Source: Lytechinus pictus
Taxonomy: Eukaryota
DNA: 64,000 nt
Assembly: GCF_037042905.1 (NCBI RefSeq)
Contig: NC_087257.1
Span: 18,414,001-18,478,000 of the forward strand
Direction: 5' to 3'
Of this stretch, positions 11,412 through 24,361 are shown piece by piece. How positions within the stretch are numbered: position 1 is the first letter of the stretch; every line of letters begins with the position of its first letter. The notes beneath the pieces are model-generated. The model was not told where the DNA came from. It saw only the letters and a list, made by a program, of their open reading frames with translations, and searched no databases. The translations under genes were made by a program, and so were the position numbers.

Positions 11412-14400
11412 TATATACTTTCATTATGCTTTCACTGACATTACATTTTCTCGAACTTGTAAAGATTTGTTAACACATCCACCAAATGCTGGCAAAAAAC
11501 ACAACAAAGTTGTATTTAAATTGTTCTGAGTGAGGTATGTGATTGGCTGCAAAACATATTTGTCATCTTTTTAGAATTTAATTCATAATCCACATTAGGG
11601 AATGCCTTGTTGTTACTTTCTATAATGTTTTTCGTTGTTGTTCTTTTCCTTAATAAAGCTCCGTAATATACTATAGAAATATTCTAGACAAAATTAAAGA
11701 ATAAAAATCTTTTATTTCTTTTGTGAATGAGAATAGTCGAGTTATTTAACAATGTTTCGTATTCATCATGGTCATGGTAGTTGAATTTAAACAATGATGT
11801 ACAAATACAACGAACAGTCAGAATGGCATATTTCGGGCTAAAAGGAAATTCAATTTGTTCAACTGACATAGTGTATTTTACAATACAAATGGTCACATTC
11901 ATCAAAACTCTGTTTCTTTATAAGGTAAATTTGCGTTTTTGCAAATTGATAGAAATTCCATGGGCATGAAAAGTGATATGTAATCTCTGGATGAAAAAGA
12001 ATTACGTTATGGTTTATTGAGTCGGAGGCTGATTATTAGATTTTGATTTGAATAACGCACGATAATCATTTTGTGGGGGTGTGAATGTATTTCCTGCTCA
12101 TAATTCTTCATCCTCTCCCCTCCCCCCTTATAATTAATTCGCTCTTTTCCCCTCCTCCCTATCCCCCTCCTTCTTATTCTCCTGCTCCTCCTTCCTTTTC
12201 CCCCTTCATTTTCTTTCCCCTTGTCTTCTTCTGCTCCTTCTCCTGAAAATGATTTGGCTCCCAAGGAAGATTTCTGCATAAATTTGAATCACTTGGTAAA
12301 CGGGCATACCTTATCTAACAGCTTGTTCGCAGCTCCACAGACAAACCAACAAGCACATGAAGAACTTGTGCAAAAGTCTTGCAGTTTATTCATGACTAAG
12401 ATCATTGAAGATGTTAACGAATGCTTCGTTGCTCGGCTCCATGGAAAGAAACATCTATCATTTGAATTTAGTATACAGACTTGAATTGCTTTAGAGTGGC
12501 CTCGTTCCTTCTCAAGTGTTTACATGAGGGAATCTAAAAGAGATTCAAATTACTAGTACAAAGTGCAAATAGTTTTTAAGAGTACTCTTTGTCAGAGGCC
12601 TTAAAAAGAATAAAAAGAAATCAGGTACTGTACTCGACAATTGTCCCTTTCTTCAATTGGGTTTAATCAGAACTCTAAGAACATAAGAATACTGTAGCTC
12701 ACATTATGTACAGAGCAGTATAAACTATGCGTTAGCGGTGTTTACGCGAACGCCCCCCAGAAAACTTTTGGACCTGGAAACTGCCCTTTTTTAATGCACG
12801 TTATCACAGCGGAGTTATACAATTGCCCCACACCTGTGTACAAATTCATTTATTAGAAATCCCTTCATGATTTTTAGAAAAGTGGCACAGGGGGTCACTG
12901 CTATTGTTCCCATGCAATACCGGTCTGTTTGTCGGTCATCTCATTGTAAATATTTAGGTCAAAATACAAAATTAGTTTCATTTCTTTCTTTTGTGAAAGG
13001 GAGGGTCATGTTCCAGATTCTATTGACCAATCATTGTTTTTTCTGTTTTCTGTTTCTTATACCGATGCTTTTTTTTCTTCTAAAGATGCCACTTTATTGA
13101 ATGGTCGATTTGAACGCCAAAGAGCATCTCATTCATTGAAATAGACACGTTTTGGTGGTATTTATTCAAAAGTTACCACTAAAGAAAAGTTTTGTGTGGT
13201 AATCATTCAAAAATTACCTATGAATACATATGAAGGCTATAAAAAATGAATCACCCGAAATTTGATTGAGGGAGAAGGTACCAGCCCAATGAAATATTTT
13301 CTTGCTTATTATTTATATCGGAATATATTAAATAAATTGTAAATGCTGGAAATGGAAATAAACGAAATGAAATGAAATAACCCAATGATGCCTTCAGGGA
13401 TTGAGCCACTAATACATCCTGAAAACGCGGATTGTTTGTTTGAAAAAGTTTCATAAGTTTTGTTTAAACGAGTCTTATTTACCTTGTAGAGAATAGATAC
13501 ATTTAATGAAAAATATATTTGATTAAAATAGTGGACTTCAACAATTCCAACGACACACCTAAAAATCCAAATAACAGGTCCCGATAACTGGTTTAGTTTG
13601 GTAAATCTGGCACCAAAATGCTAATTTTCGTCCGGGTTGCTGATCTCATATCATGTTTAGTAAAGAAAGAAAAACTACTCGAAGATTTCAATGTCATACC
13701 TCACCTGTACTTGAAGTCGAGCTTCTCACAAGTCAACAGCAACGCCCTTGAACCCCGTAAACAACGGCTAGCCCAAGACAAGTTCTTTCTGAAGGAAGCT
13801 TTGACGCAAGTGTTCCAAAATCGGAGTGGTTATATGTCGTTAAACCTTCGTCGTCATATGTTCATCCAACTAACATTACGAATTTGTTCCTTCAGGATGA
13901 TTCATTTCTGAATTTTTAATCAATTAGGTTGTTTTTAGAATATGATAAAGTTATGAAGTCTCGACGATAAACATGATAAAGGCAGAGACTTCTCCCACGT
14001 CGAGCGGTTGAGATATCGGGCTCATGCACTGTTCCGAGCACGAACACTGTATGATTTAGCTCTTCACTGTATCAATAGCGTAAAGAATAAAATGGTTTGC
14101 TCAAAATGTGACTCTTGATCCAAATCATTTGTATAGCGGGAGGAGAGGAGGGAAAGAGGGAACCAAACATTACAATATTGACACAGCAATGCTTTTTTAC
14201 GGTTAACAACTATTCAGGTGACCGAATTCCGAGAGCACGTAAATTGTTTAAGCAAAAGCAAGAAGTTCCTTCATAAACATATCGGCAATCGCAGTATGGA
14301 GTCATTTGGGAATTGGATGGGATGAGGGTGGGCTATCGAGGGAGGAAGACGGGGGGGGGGGGGAGGGGGGGAGGTAATCTGCCATGATTATATGGTACGT

Positions 14401-14863
14401 ACACTCCCTCATCCAGGCCTACCCATGGGCGTCGATCGATGAATCGGATGTGGGGGGGGGGGCAAAAGTAAAAAGTATGTCGACAATTTTCGGCGCGTTT
14501 CGCGCACAAAATTATATATTAAAAAAAAATTGCGCACGAAGCGCTCAGAAAAATTGACAATTTTGTATGTTCAATAGTATTTTATGACAAGTTTATAGGC
14601 TATATAGTGCTCTACAATGTTTTTAAAATATATGTTTGCATTGCATATTACAATGGGGGGGGGGGGGGCAAATCGATATGCCCCCAATATTTCCAATGGG
14701 GCTATCACCCCCAAATTAACGCTTCTTTTACCACCTATTTCACAAATTTACTCTACCTCTTTCCCGCATCTCTTTTTTATCTTGATTATTTATCCCTCTT
14801 TCTTTTCCTGGATACGCTATACCACTCAGGAGCTCTCATTTTGACGACAAAACTCGCAACCCC

Positions 14864-16581
14864 TGTTACAACCGATAATGTCGCAATTGCGACATTATGC
14901 GTTGACTGTAACATTATGCTTTGGATGATTTGGGCATAATGTCACAGTCAAAGCATAATGTCGTAGCTTAAATTACTAACGTATAACGTCGCAAGTCTTA
15001 ACGCATAATGTCGCATCGGTATTTTATTCAGGAATCGAGTTGCAGAAAAGATTTAAGATATGTTTTCACTCAGTAATTTGTTCAAGTTCTGTCATCTGAA
15101 TATTTTTGAAAGTGTGTTTGGAGGGACATGCGCGAATGCAGGGGGAAGTATTGAATTCATTATGATGAAGAGTGATCACTTTAAAAAAAATTATATTGTA
15201 TCGTTGTTCATGACATTTTAAGAAAGAAATTATATTTCGTATTGTAACTCGGAATGTACCGTATGAATAATAATTTTAAAGCGATATAGGTCGCATACCA
15301 ATTTCCCCTGGGGGAGAGGGGAGTACGTGATAAATTAATAACATATTGATACGTATTGGGAGGGGGCAGAATTAATGCCCCCCTCGGAAAAAAGTGGCAA
15401 CCTTCCTTTCTTACTGAAGAGTTTCACAAAATTCACTAAAATATGCACGAAATCATTAAATATCACTTAAGATTCGTTTTTCACATTCCCTCCTCACAGA
15501 AATAAAATCTGCGTATACTATTTCTTAAAAAAACAACAACCAGGCATTACAATGTTTTACATGCATTGACAACCTATTTTCGTTTCTCTTCTAAATAACG
15601 AGAGCCCCTGAGCAGTGGTGGCACCAGGATTTTGAAACTGGTGGGTGGCAAAGGAAAAGAGGGGGGATAAAATTATTTTGCATGTTTCACAAAATGGACA
15701 TACCTATGTGTTTCTAATACAGTATATAAAGCGGGATTTCGCCAAAAGGGGGTGGGGCGCAGAATTTTTTCATCCATGTTTCCCCCTGATCGGTCGCTAA
15801 AAGCCAATTTTTGACGTTGGTTTATAGAGGAAGCAGTCCCAACTAAAGACTGAAGTTTTAAGTACATAAGCTCTATTCTTACAAACAAGATAGGCTATCT
15901 CACATTGCCTAAACAGATGAGAGCGCGGAGCGCGAGCTCAACTTTTTTGATATTTGATGCATTTAGACCAAAGTAATGAACATTCTGAGCAGTTTTTGGA
16001 AGTATAAGAATCGCGCGCTATTTTTTTGAGATATTGATGACACATTCCGAGTAACTATACGAAACATATTTTTTTAATGTCATGAACAACAATGAAATGT
16101 AATTAAATTTGTATTTAATTTTCAGTCAGATGACTTTACTTTCTTGCAAAATAAGTTGAATTGCATGTTTAGTGATATGCACAGATGAATGTATGCGTAT
16201 ACTTGCGTTTCACTAGTCCACACATTACAATTTTTCAAAGTCCACCGCCTTCTCCTGACAATGAATTCGATACTGACCCCCTTCCCCTGCATCCGCACCT
16301 GCCCCACCAAACACGCTCTTAAAAACGTTCAGATGACAGAGCTTGCCAAAATTAATCGGTGAAAACATATTTTATGTCTTATATTTAACTCGAGTCCTGA
16401 AGCGAACACCGCTGCGACATTATGCGTTAAGACTTGCGACGTTATGCGTTAGTACAAAAGCTACGACATTATGCGTTAACTGTGACATTATGCGTTGGAC
16501 GCTCTTGGCATAATGTCGCAATCTGCGACATTATGCGTTGGTGTAACATTGTGCGTTGCTGCGACATTATCGGTTGTAACA
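14864..16581. mobile_element. 1.7-kb non-autonomous element with TGT...ACA termini and long TIRs (Ginger-like)
   Basis: TIR TGTTACAACCGATAATGTCGCA / TGCGACATTATCGGTTGTAACA; 5-bp ACCCC TSD; GCGACATTATGCGTT subterminal repeats; imperfect inverted similarity extends ~300 bp. Confidence 0.75.
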
Positions 16582-17199
16582 ACCCCCCACAACAAAACAG
16601 ATTACGGTGGACCATCAGACCTGGCGCATGCACAGATGGATTAATCGTCAAGTTAATCGTCATCGAAACACTTGTCGTGCAACCCGAAAGCTCCTAGCTG
16701 GGTGAATGCTCATCCCTACCAGGGAGTCTATCTCAACTCCCTGTCCCAACACTCTAAAAACAATCTACTGTATCAAAATCCAAGGAGACACCTTGACAGA
16801 GTGGCACTTAGTAATTTCTATTGAAAAAAAAACCTGTTAACACAATGAGTTCTGCTCTAGCATGTCTGGTATCTATTTACTCTATTAAAATTTGAGTAGA
16901 TCGTCTTTAGAGTGCCCCCTTCTTCAACTTTCTGCACTCATTCGGTTCTTCTTCTGCTCTCCCATCCCCTCCCCCTCCCTCCCCCTAGCCTCTTGTCGAC
17001 CCCCTGGCGGCTGCTCTATATCCGCATATCTCGCTCAGCTCGCCAAGCCTACATTAGAGTATAATAGCTACCAGGGCCTCGACAAGAGACTACCGTCTCC
17101 CCCTCTCTCTATCTCTGTGTGTCTCCCTCTCTTCCACCTCTTATAATATCATTTTTCTTTGGGTTCCATCCGAAGCATATAGGCCCTAAGTGACAACCA

Positions 17200-17550
17200 A
17201 GACAAAATGACGAAATGTTGAGTATTGGCAAGTCGACTTATCCCTTTAGCAAGTCGACCTGCCACGTTTTCAATAATTCGTTGTTTTCTTTATTTCTCAA
17301 ACAAGTCGATTTACCAAATTTCGACAACTCATCATCTTGTATTCTTGTCCCAAACATGTCGACCTGCAAGGCGCAATAACTCGTCACCTTGTCTTCTTGT
17401 CCCAAACAACAAGAACAAGTCGACTTGCAAAGTTTCAACAACTCGTCACCTTGTCTTCTTGTCCCAAACACGTCGACTTGTCAATACTCAACAACTCATA
17501 ATATTGTCTTCTAGTGCCAATCAAGTGGAATTGCTGAGTTTCAGCAACTC
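17200..17550. repeat. Degenerate tandem repeat, ~60-70-bp unit
   Basis: Recurring GTCGAC...CAACTCGTCACCTTGTCTTCTTGTCCCAAACA. Confidence 0.75.
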
Positions 17551-17590
17551 GTCTGCTCGTCATTTAGCCCGTCTGCTTATCTCGCCACCT

Positions 17591-17744
17591 GGCCCGTCAG
17601 ACAAATGTTAGCGATTAATCGCTAAATGAAACGGTCTATCAACATTATCGTTGCATGCGCATTTTATCGATAGACCGACTAGGAACCAATTAGATCTTTT
17701 CTTTCAAATTAGCGATTAATCGCTAACTTTGTGTTATGGGCACC
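17591..17744. mobile_element. MITE related to 61326-61473
   Basis: Inverted ends GGCCCGT..ACAAA.GTTAGCGATTAATCGCTAA / TTAGCGATTAATCGCTAACTTTGTGTTATGGGC. Confidence 0.65.
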
Positions 17745-19099
17745 AGGTTAGCACTCACAAGCTTCCGTATACATTTTCATTCTGAATCATGCCAATCAAC
17801 GAACAAGGAGCGGTAAAATGATTATAAAAAAAATTACATACTGTACATATAAACATTTTATTTATCTGCTTGCATAAAACGAAGATCTATTTAAAGATTG
17901 CCAAGAGCTTGGTATTTATTCTAATCAATGTACATACATCTGTACATGCATTTACAGACTTCAAGTCAAAGAGACTTGTGTCAGAAATGTGTCAGTTTCG
18001 TAAAGATGTTCGTAGAGTAAAGCATTGACTTAACAAATGGCTACGAAATTATGAGGCTCAGATTTTCTTCATAATTAAAGAAATATGTCTATTATATCAA
18101 TCACTTTCGGCCAAATTGTGAAAACAATACCTTTGTATTATAATATGTTAAAAGAGAAAAAACATCAAACATCGCCTGAAAGCGCGAAAGCTCAGTTGAT
18201 AGAGTGGTGTACTTTTAATCCGGCAACCAGTATTCGAAACCATGTGTACTTCACGCTTTTGGTACGGCGTCCACCCCATTATCAAGTCAATCGGAGATGA
18301 TTTTGGAGCCATCGGTCATCAGGTGAAGTATACCATCGAGAAATCAGTTTACTCGGGGGGGGGGGGGCAAGACGGCCTAAAGGGGTGTCACATTTTGTCT
18401 CAATTTAATAACAGGGTATAATAGACTTGCACTGCCAAGACCTCTCCCTTTTCTCTCTCTCTCTCTTTTCTTTTCCCTCTATTTTCTTTCACTTCTTGGA
18501 GGGGGGGGGGGGGTTATCCCCTGCCCCACTCAGTGATGCCGCCCGTGTTTACGCTAATAAAAGAACATACGAATGAAGAACAAAAATGGCTCGTCGTGTT
18601 CTAGTCATATTTTAAGTCAAATCATGCGCCTTCGCCGTGCCTAACTCTACCAACAATATTAGAACATGCCCCTGGGGTAAATTTTCAATCTCATTGGAGC
18701 GATTCTTGAGACTTTGTATTTCTATCTAAGTTGGCCTTGTCCTTGTACATCATCCGAGTGCAGTGAGTGGACACATGGTATTTACTTTACGGGATTCTCC
18801 ATAAAACGATGAAGGTTTTGAGTGACTGGAATTTCATTTCAATAAAACAATATTGTGCGTACAAGTTTTGCCCCTGGGCATGCAATAATTCATACAAATG
18901 ATTCATACAAATCGTTTGCTTTGAAGACCGGGAGCCATATCAATCTAGTTTAAAAGGCGACCATTGGTGACATATTGGCGAAAGGCCACGCTCTATAAAA
19001 TATTTTTCATTGTTATGTATGGAGGTGTGGGCGTTTTGCATGCGGCGAGTAGGGAGAGTGTACTTTCGGAATCATTTCCCATGACCCGAAATCCGAAAC

Positions 19100-19130
<31 letters not shown>

Positions 19131-19778
19131 TCTAGGAAAATGCGATTTTGAAGAAATATAAACCACACACAAGGGGCGTTTCCAAAATTTTGAAGCGTGA
19201 CTAAAATCGCTCTTTAAGAGATCTAGTTGAGAGTGTCATTTCGCATCAACGCATTGATCACACTTATGATTTTTATCCAAATCTGACAAGGAATAACATT
19301 TTAAACGTTTGCATTATTCCGTTAAAACAGTTCTGCACAGGTCTTCAAGAATATGCAGAGAGCGAGCTGAGGGTGTCATATCCCGACTTATCCTTTTGTA
19401 TTTAATTACATATAAACACATTGTCAAAATAATACTATTAAGAGAACGTGCAGACATGATAGTTTCAGCTTACCTTCTGCATATTCACTACACCACGCAT
19501 ATAAATGTTTTCACAAAATATTACTAAATTTTTGAAATTCAGAAGCTCTTTATTTTTTTTCATCAGATTTTAATGACAATGTCTCGTTTGATTTTAACTC
19601 CATTTATTGAAATATCATGTCCAGCCCGAATTAACCCTGTAACATGTCTTGTTACTGAGGGGAATAATCAAAATGTATAAAGCCTCACAGTGAGTGTCTA
19701 TAATTTCTTAATCACAATTGTCATACTGTAGAAATGACTGTTTAGGAATTGGGTTATCATCTTGGATTTTGATTGGGT

Positions 19779-19781
<3 letters not shown>

Positions 19782-19810
<29 letters not shown>

Positions 19811-20085
19811 TAGGTATATTTACCCAGGGTAGCCACTTCAGTTCCGAAAACTGTTCTCTCAGCGGGCCCTGCTATTATTACCCGGCTAAGCTAGGCTACC
19901 TTTTCGGTGCACACAGCTTTTTGAGGAATTATTTCATGCCGGTACCCATTTACGTCACCTGGGTCGAGTGCAGCACACTGTGGATGAATTCCTTGCTGAA
20001 GGAAATTACGCCATGGCTGGGATTTGAACCCACGACCCTCTGTTTCAAAGTCCGGAGACTAATCCACTGGGCCAAGACGCTCCAC
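19782..20085 (-). mobile_element. tRNA-derived SINE, family A
   Basis: Minus strand: A box TGGCCCAGTGG, B box GGTTCAAATCC, (TAT)n tail; near-identical copies at 25306-25591 and 57764-58052. Confidence 0.9.
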
Positions 20086-20604
20086 GTCGTTGGTAATAAA
20101 AATCATTTTCTTATGCAGATTTCAAAAAGGAATAATACAAAAATCATCACTATATACACATTTTCCACTGAAGGCAGTGTAGTGTTCAGAACATGGTGAA
20201 AATCACATTGATGGAAGACAAAATGGCGGTAGGTGATCAAGACATGGCTCTGATGACCTGATGTCGTCAGCAAGGTCAAATTTACACTTCGGCGGATGAC
20301 CTGAAACGAGCTGGCACAAGTCGATAGAACGCTTTAAATGAATGAAAGAAAGAAAAACAAGAGTTCGTGTAGTTTTAAAGGAGATAACTATATATTATTT
20401 TTAAGTTCAATTTATTTATTTTCTCACCAATATAATAACGATAAACAATATGTACAAGAATGAAAATGACATGTACAAGAGAAAAATGGAAGTGCTGAAA
20501 AGTTCATAAGAACTTGTGAGTTGTAGCCCCCAGTAAAACAAGGTAAAAATACACATGAAAATCAAATGAAAAATATACACACAGCATCAGCAATCACCAG
20601 CATA

Positions 20605-21407
20605 TATACAGAGATTAAAAGATGATTTATCATAACTTAATCACAAATACAAATAGACAAATGACCTACCAATGTAAAGCTTAGAATCTCCTCTTTCATC
20701 TGATATTACTTAGATTATTCCTCATTCACGCATGAGTGAGCAAAAACAATTTGAAGAAAGGATACCAAAACCTCATTTAGCGGTGGGTATCTGGATTTCC
20801 AAAAGAAAATCACATGTCTAAGAAGTTCAATATTTGCTCTTTTATTTGATACCTTAATCACAAAAATTGGCCAAGAAGTAAAAAAGTTATGTTCCCTCGA
20901 AACAATGCTTGTATTTCCAAAATTTCATTAAATAAACGTGTTTTCACCGGTTTCCCACAGAAGCTATCGCATGGTCAACAAAAGACTTAATGCATGGCTG
21001 ATCGTCAACACAACGGATTGTCGAGTGAGTTTGAACGCTAGCCTGTAAAACCTCTTCCTTTTATGAAATTATTGAAATTCAAGCCTTATTTCAAATTACC
21101 AGAACTTTGTTATTTCTTGACCATGTTCTGTAATTGAGGTATCAAATTAAAGAACAGATATTGAACTTTTTAAAAATGAGGTTTTCTTTTTGAAACCCAG
21201 ATACAGCCCACCATATGACTTTTTGGTATCCTCTCTTCAAATTGTTTTTGCTCACTCAAGTGTTAATGAGGAACAATCTAAGTAATATCAGATGAAAGAG
21301 GAGATTCTAAGCTTTACAATGGTAGGTCATTTGTCTATTGTATTTGTGAATAAGTTATGATAAATCATCGATAAATCTCGGTTTCGTTTTTTATGGGACG
21401 CACGGGG
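20605..21407. mobile_element. Fold-back element with ~150-bp inverted arms (Tc1/mariner-like MITE, left TIR truncated)
   Basis: 20622-20770 is the inverted copy of ~21222-21370; right end TTTTTTATGGGACGCACGG. Confidence 0.65.
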
Positions 21408-21492
21408 ACAGTCGGGGTAAGTGTAGGATTAGGCAGGAAAAATTTACTTTATATATTCACTTTTATAATAAAGGTACACGAATGCTATGTTT

Positions 21493-21808
21493 GGTAAACT
21501 GCCGATTCGTCCACTCATCAGTCTACCTTCACTTAGTCTAATGCCATTCCGTCCATCAACATTTCGTCTAACATACATTCTGTCCAAGAATCACTTCGTC
21601 TAATCACCAATTTGTCTATAACCATTTCGTCCAATTTGACCAAATGGTATATGGACCAAATGGCTATTGAACCAACTGGTTATTAGACGAAATGTAGAGT
21701 GGACGAAATGGCAGTTAAACCATGTGGATAGTGGACGAACTGAACCAAATGATAGTAGAAGAGTTAGTAAATGGACGAATTGGCATTAGACTAATTGGAA
21801 ATAAACCC
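21493..21808. mobile_element. MITE built of short TTCGTC(C/T)A repeats in inverted halves
   Basis: TTCGTCCA/TTCGTCTAA repeats on the left, TGGACGAA/TTAGACGAA on the right. Confidence 0.6.
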
Positions 21809-22454
21809 CATATTCTAACCGACCCTCTTTTTAACAAAGAAAATATATTTTTGTAGAATATTTGCAAAAATGTGCCTACTAACTAACTGAACCCTGGCTG
21901 GGACTGTTATACCTAAGATCGGAGTTGAAATATGAAGCATTCTTGTAATGTGGTTCACGAGTAGTTCTTTATATGAGAAACAACCCGAGCGAGAATGTAA
22001 ATAGAATTGAATGGAATACAAAAGTGCAATGTTGTTGACAGCATTTACATTAAACTTCAATCGGTTTATGACATTGGCAAGTAAGATATTTGTATTTGCT
22101 GAGGTCTACGTATTTATTCTCGTCACATTTTTGCCTTGAACACAACCGTCAGTGCATACATGCGTGAAGACATGTACGTGCAGAAAGGCACCAAATATTC
22201 TCCGCTTTCAAATAAAACGATTTCATTCTGGAAACGTTCTATTCTTCCTCAGAGATAATTATTACAGAAAGATGTAATATGTAGGAAGGTAAAAGAAGAA
22301 AGAATGAATGGAAGCATGCAAAAAGAATCATCTGGGTCGTGTCAGGATATTATAATACCCCTTTTATTTCGCTGATAGAAAAGAATTTAGGTCGCCCCTA
22401 ATGCTCTTATGCTATCAAAATATTTCGGCGTCCCTCTTTCATGTACGTGGTGCA

Positions 22455-23165
22455 TGGGTAAAAGGTGTGGCAATGTGAATGTGAGTGTGTGAGCGCGTGT
22501 AAGGGTGAGGGTGAGTGTGTGTTTGGGAGTGGGTGTGTATAATGTGTCGTGATATGGTTAAAGGTGTGGCAATGTGAGTGTGTGGGCGCGTGTTAGAGTG
22601 CGACTGTTGGTGTGCGGGGTTGTGTATTTGGGAGTGGGTGTGTATATGTCATGATATCGGAAAAGGTGTGGCAATGTGAATGTGGGAGGGTGTTGGGGTG
22701 TGTGCGTGGGTTTGTATTTAGGAGTGGGTGTTCATAATGTGTCATGACATGGTAAAAGGTGTGTCAATGTGAATGTGAGTGCGTGAGCGCGTGTTAGGGT
22801 GCGGTGTTGGTGTGCGGGGTTGTGTATTTGGGAGTGGGTGTGTATAATGTGTCATGATATCGGAAAAGGTGTGGCAATGTGAATGTGTGAGCGCGTGTTA
22901 GGGTGCGGGTGTTGGTGTGCGGGGTTGTGTATTTGGGAGTGGGTGTGTATAATGTGTCATGATATCGGAAAAGGTGTGGCAATGTGAGTGTGTGAGCGCG
23001 TGTTAGGGTGCGGGTGTTGGTGTGCAGGGTTGTGTATTTGGGAGTGGGTGTGTATAATTTGTCATGATTTGGGAAAAGGTGTGGCAGTGTGAAAGTGTGA
23101 GCGCATGTTAAGGTGCGTGAGGGGTGTGCGAGATTGTGTGGGTGGACTTGGGTGTGTATTTGTAT
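22455..23165. repeat. GT-rich minisatellite, ~105-bp unit, about 6-7 copies
   Basis: Unit ATAATGTGTCATGATATCGGAAAAGGTGTGGCAATGTG...GGGAGTGGGTGTGT; 35-aa periodicity in the spurious ORF 22794-23183. Confidence 0.9.
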
Positions 23166-23679
23166 CATATGATCGACATTCACAATTTATGTCCATTGAT
23201 TAATTATGATTACTGTAATAATTTGAATGCTTGAATAGGAAGAAATTAAATATCAATTAAAACAAACAAAATCCATGGGGGAAAATGTTGGGTGTTGGTT
23301 GGACAAAAGAGTGGGGTGTTGGTGGGAGAGTGTGTTTAAAGAGCGTGATTATGCATACACATTCTATCTTATAATAAATGTTTAATGGTGTCTAAGTCTT
23401 TGCCAAATACTATTTGCTTTACCCTTTTACCATTTTTGTCCCCAATAAAACATGTTTAGGTTGTATTCAATGCACTTTTTTGCCATTGAATTCCTTTAAT
23501 AATCAGAAAGATTTTCAATCTAAAGCGAACTCTCTGAAACGGTTATAATATTTTTTTTGAAATGCATATAATCCTTATTCTTTCTTCTTATCACCTCTTC
23601 CACATTCTCTTTCCTTCAATTTTCTATTCGTCATCTATAATTGAGTACTAGCATTGGCTTGTTATTTTCTTATCTAGAA

Positions 23680-24168
23680 CAGCGCTTCTCAAGTTACCCT
23701 TTTTTACTCGAGGACCACTTTGACTCTCAGATTTTTGTCGAGGTCCACCTACCAACATTTAATAAAACCCGTCCATTTTTAAGAAAAAATATTTCGTGGC
23801 ATTTGAACATAAATCTGAAGCACATTCGAAACAAACAGATTGAGAACTAATCTGCATTCGCAAATACCCGAGAAATGGGCGACGATTTACTACATACACA
23901 AAATGCATGCACGTGAGGTTCACATCAAAGTTGGATCGAAACCATCACAGTGTGCATGTGCATGCTTTGCAACATGCATGATACCTAATCGTGCTTTAAT
24001 TTGTTTGACACACGTAGATCGATCGGACATAACATGCTTGGACAGTTCTGTGAAATATACTATATTTTCCCCCCTATTTTTCTCCCTCTGGAGCTTCTTC
24101 CGGCCCACCTGCATGAGAGAGCTTCGCGGCCCACCAGTGGGCCACGGCCAACCGGTTGAGAAGCGCTG
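23680..24168. mobile_element. hAT-Charlie-type non-autonomous element
   Basis: TIR CAGCGCTTCTCAA / TTGAGAAGCGCTG; perfect 8-bp TSD ATCTAGAA (nTCTAGAn is the typical Charlie target). Confidence 0.9.
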
Positions 24169-24335
24169 ATCTAGAAGATATCACACTGGTTCAGATTACA
24201 GTTCAGAATCAGCGTTGTCTACGAGAAGAATAAATATCATAAAAAACGAATTGTTCTGAATCTTGATGAATCAGTATGCAGTCACTATTCAACTCAAAAG
24301 ACACACAGTGGAAACAAAGTCCATTCCAAAAATCG

Positions 24336-24361
24336 TTACACCCATAAATCATCAGGTGTTT
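24336..24361 (-). CDS. SLC23: SLC23-B probable terminal exon (ETPDDLWV*)
   Basis: Long polypyrimidine tract plus tag acceptor at 24362; phase 1 matches the preceding exon. Confidence 0.6.

Noticed and set aside
13690-13870. Donor-like sites as a possible coding first exon of SLC23-A
   Set aside because: Phase-0 frames hit stops before any ATG; it could only be UTR and has no further support.
19762-20199. Recurrent ORFs with WVECSTLW...[18 protein letters not shown] (also at 25.5 and 57.8 kb)
   Set aside because: Antisense translations of SINE family A copies.
22794-23183. 129-aa ORF with 35-aa repeats
   Set aside because: Product of the 105-bp minisatellite; flanking units break the frame and there is no splice context.
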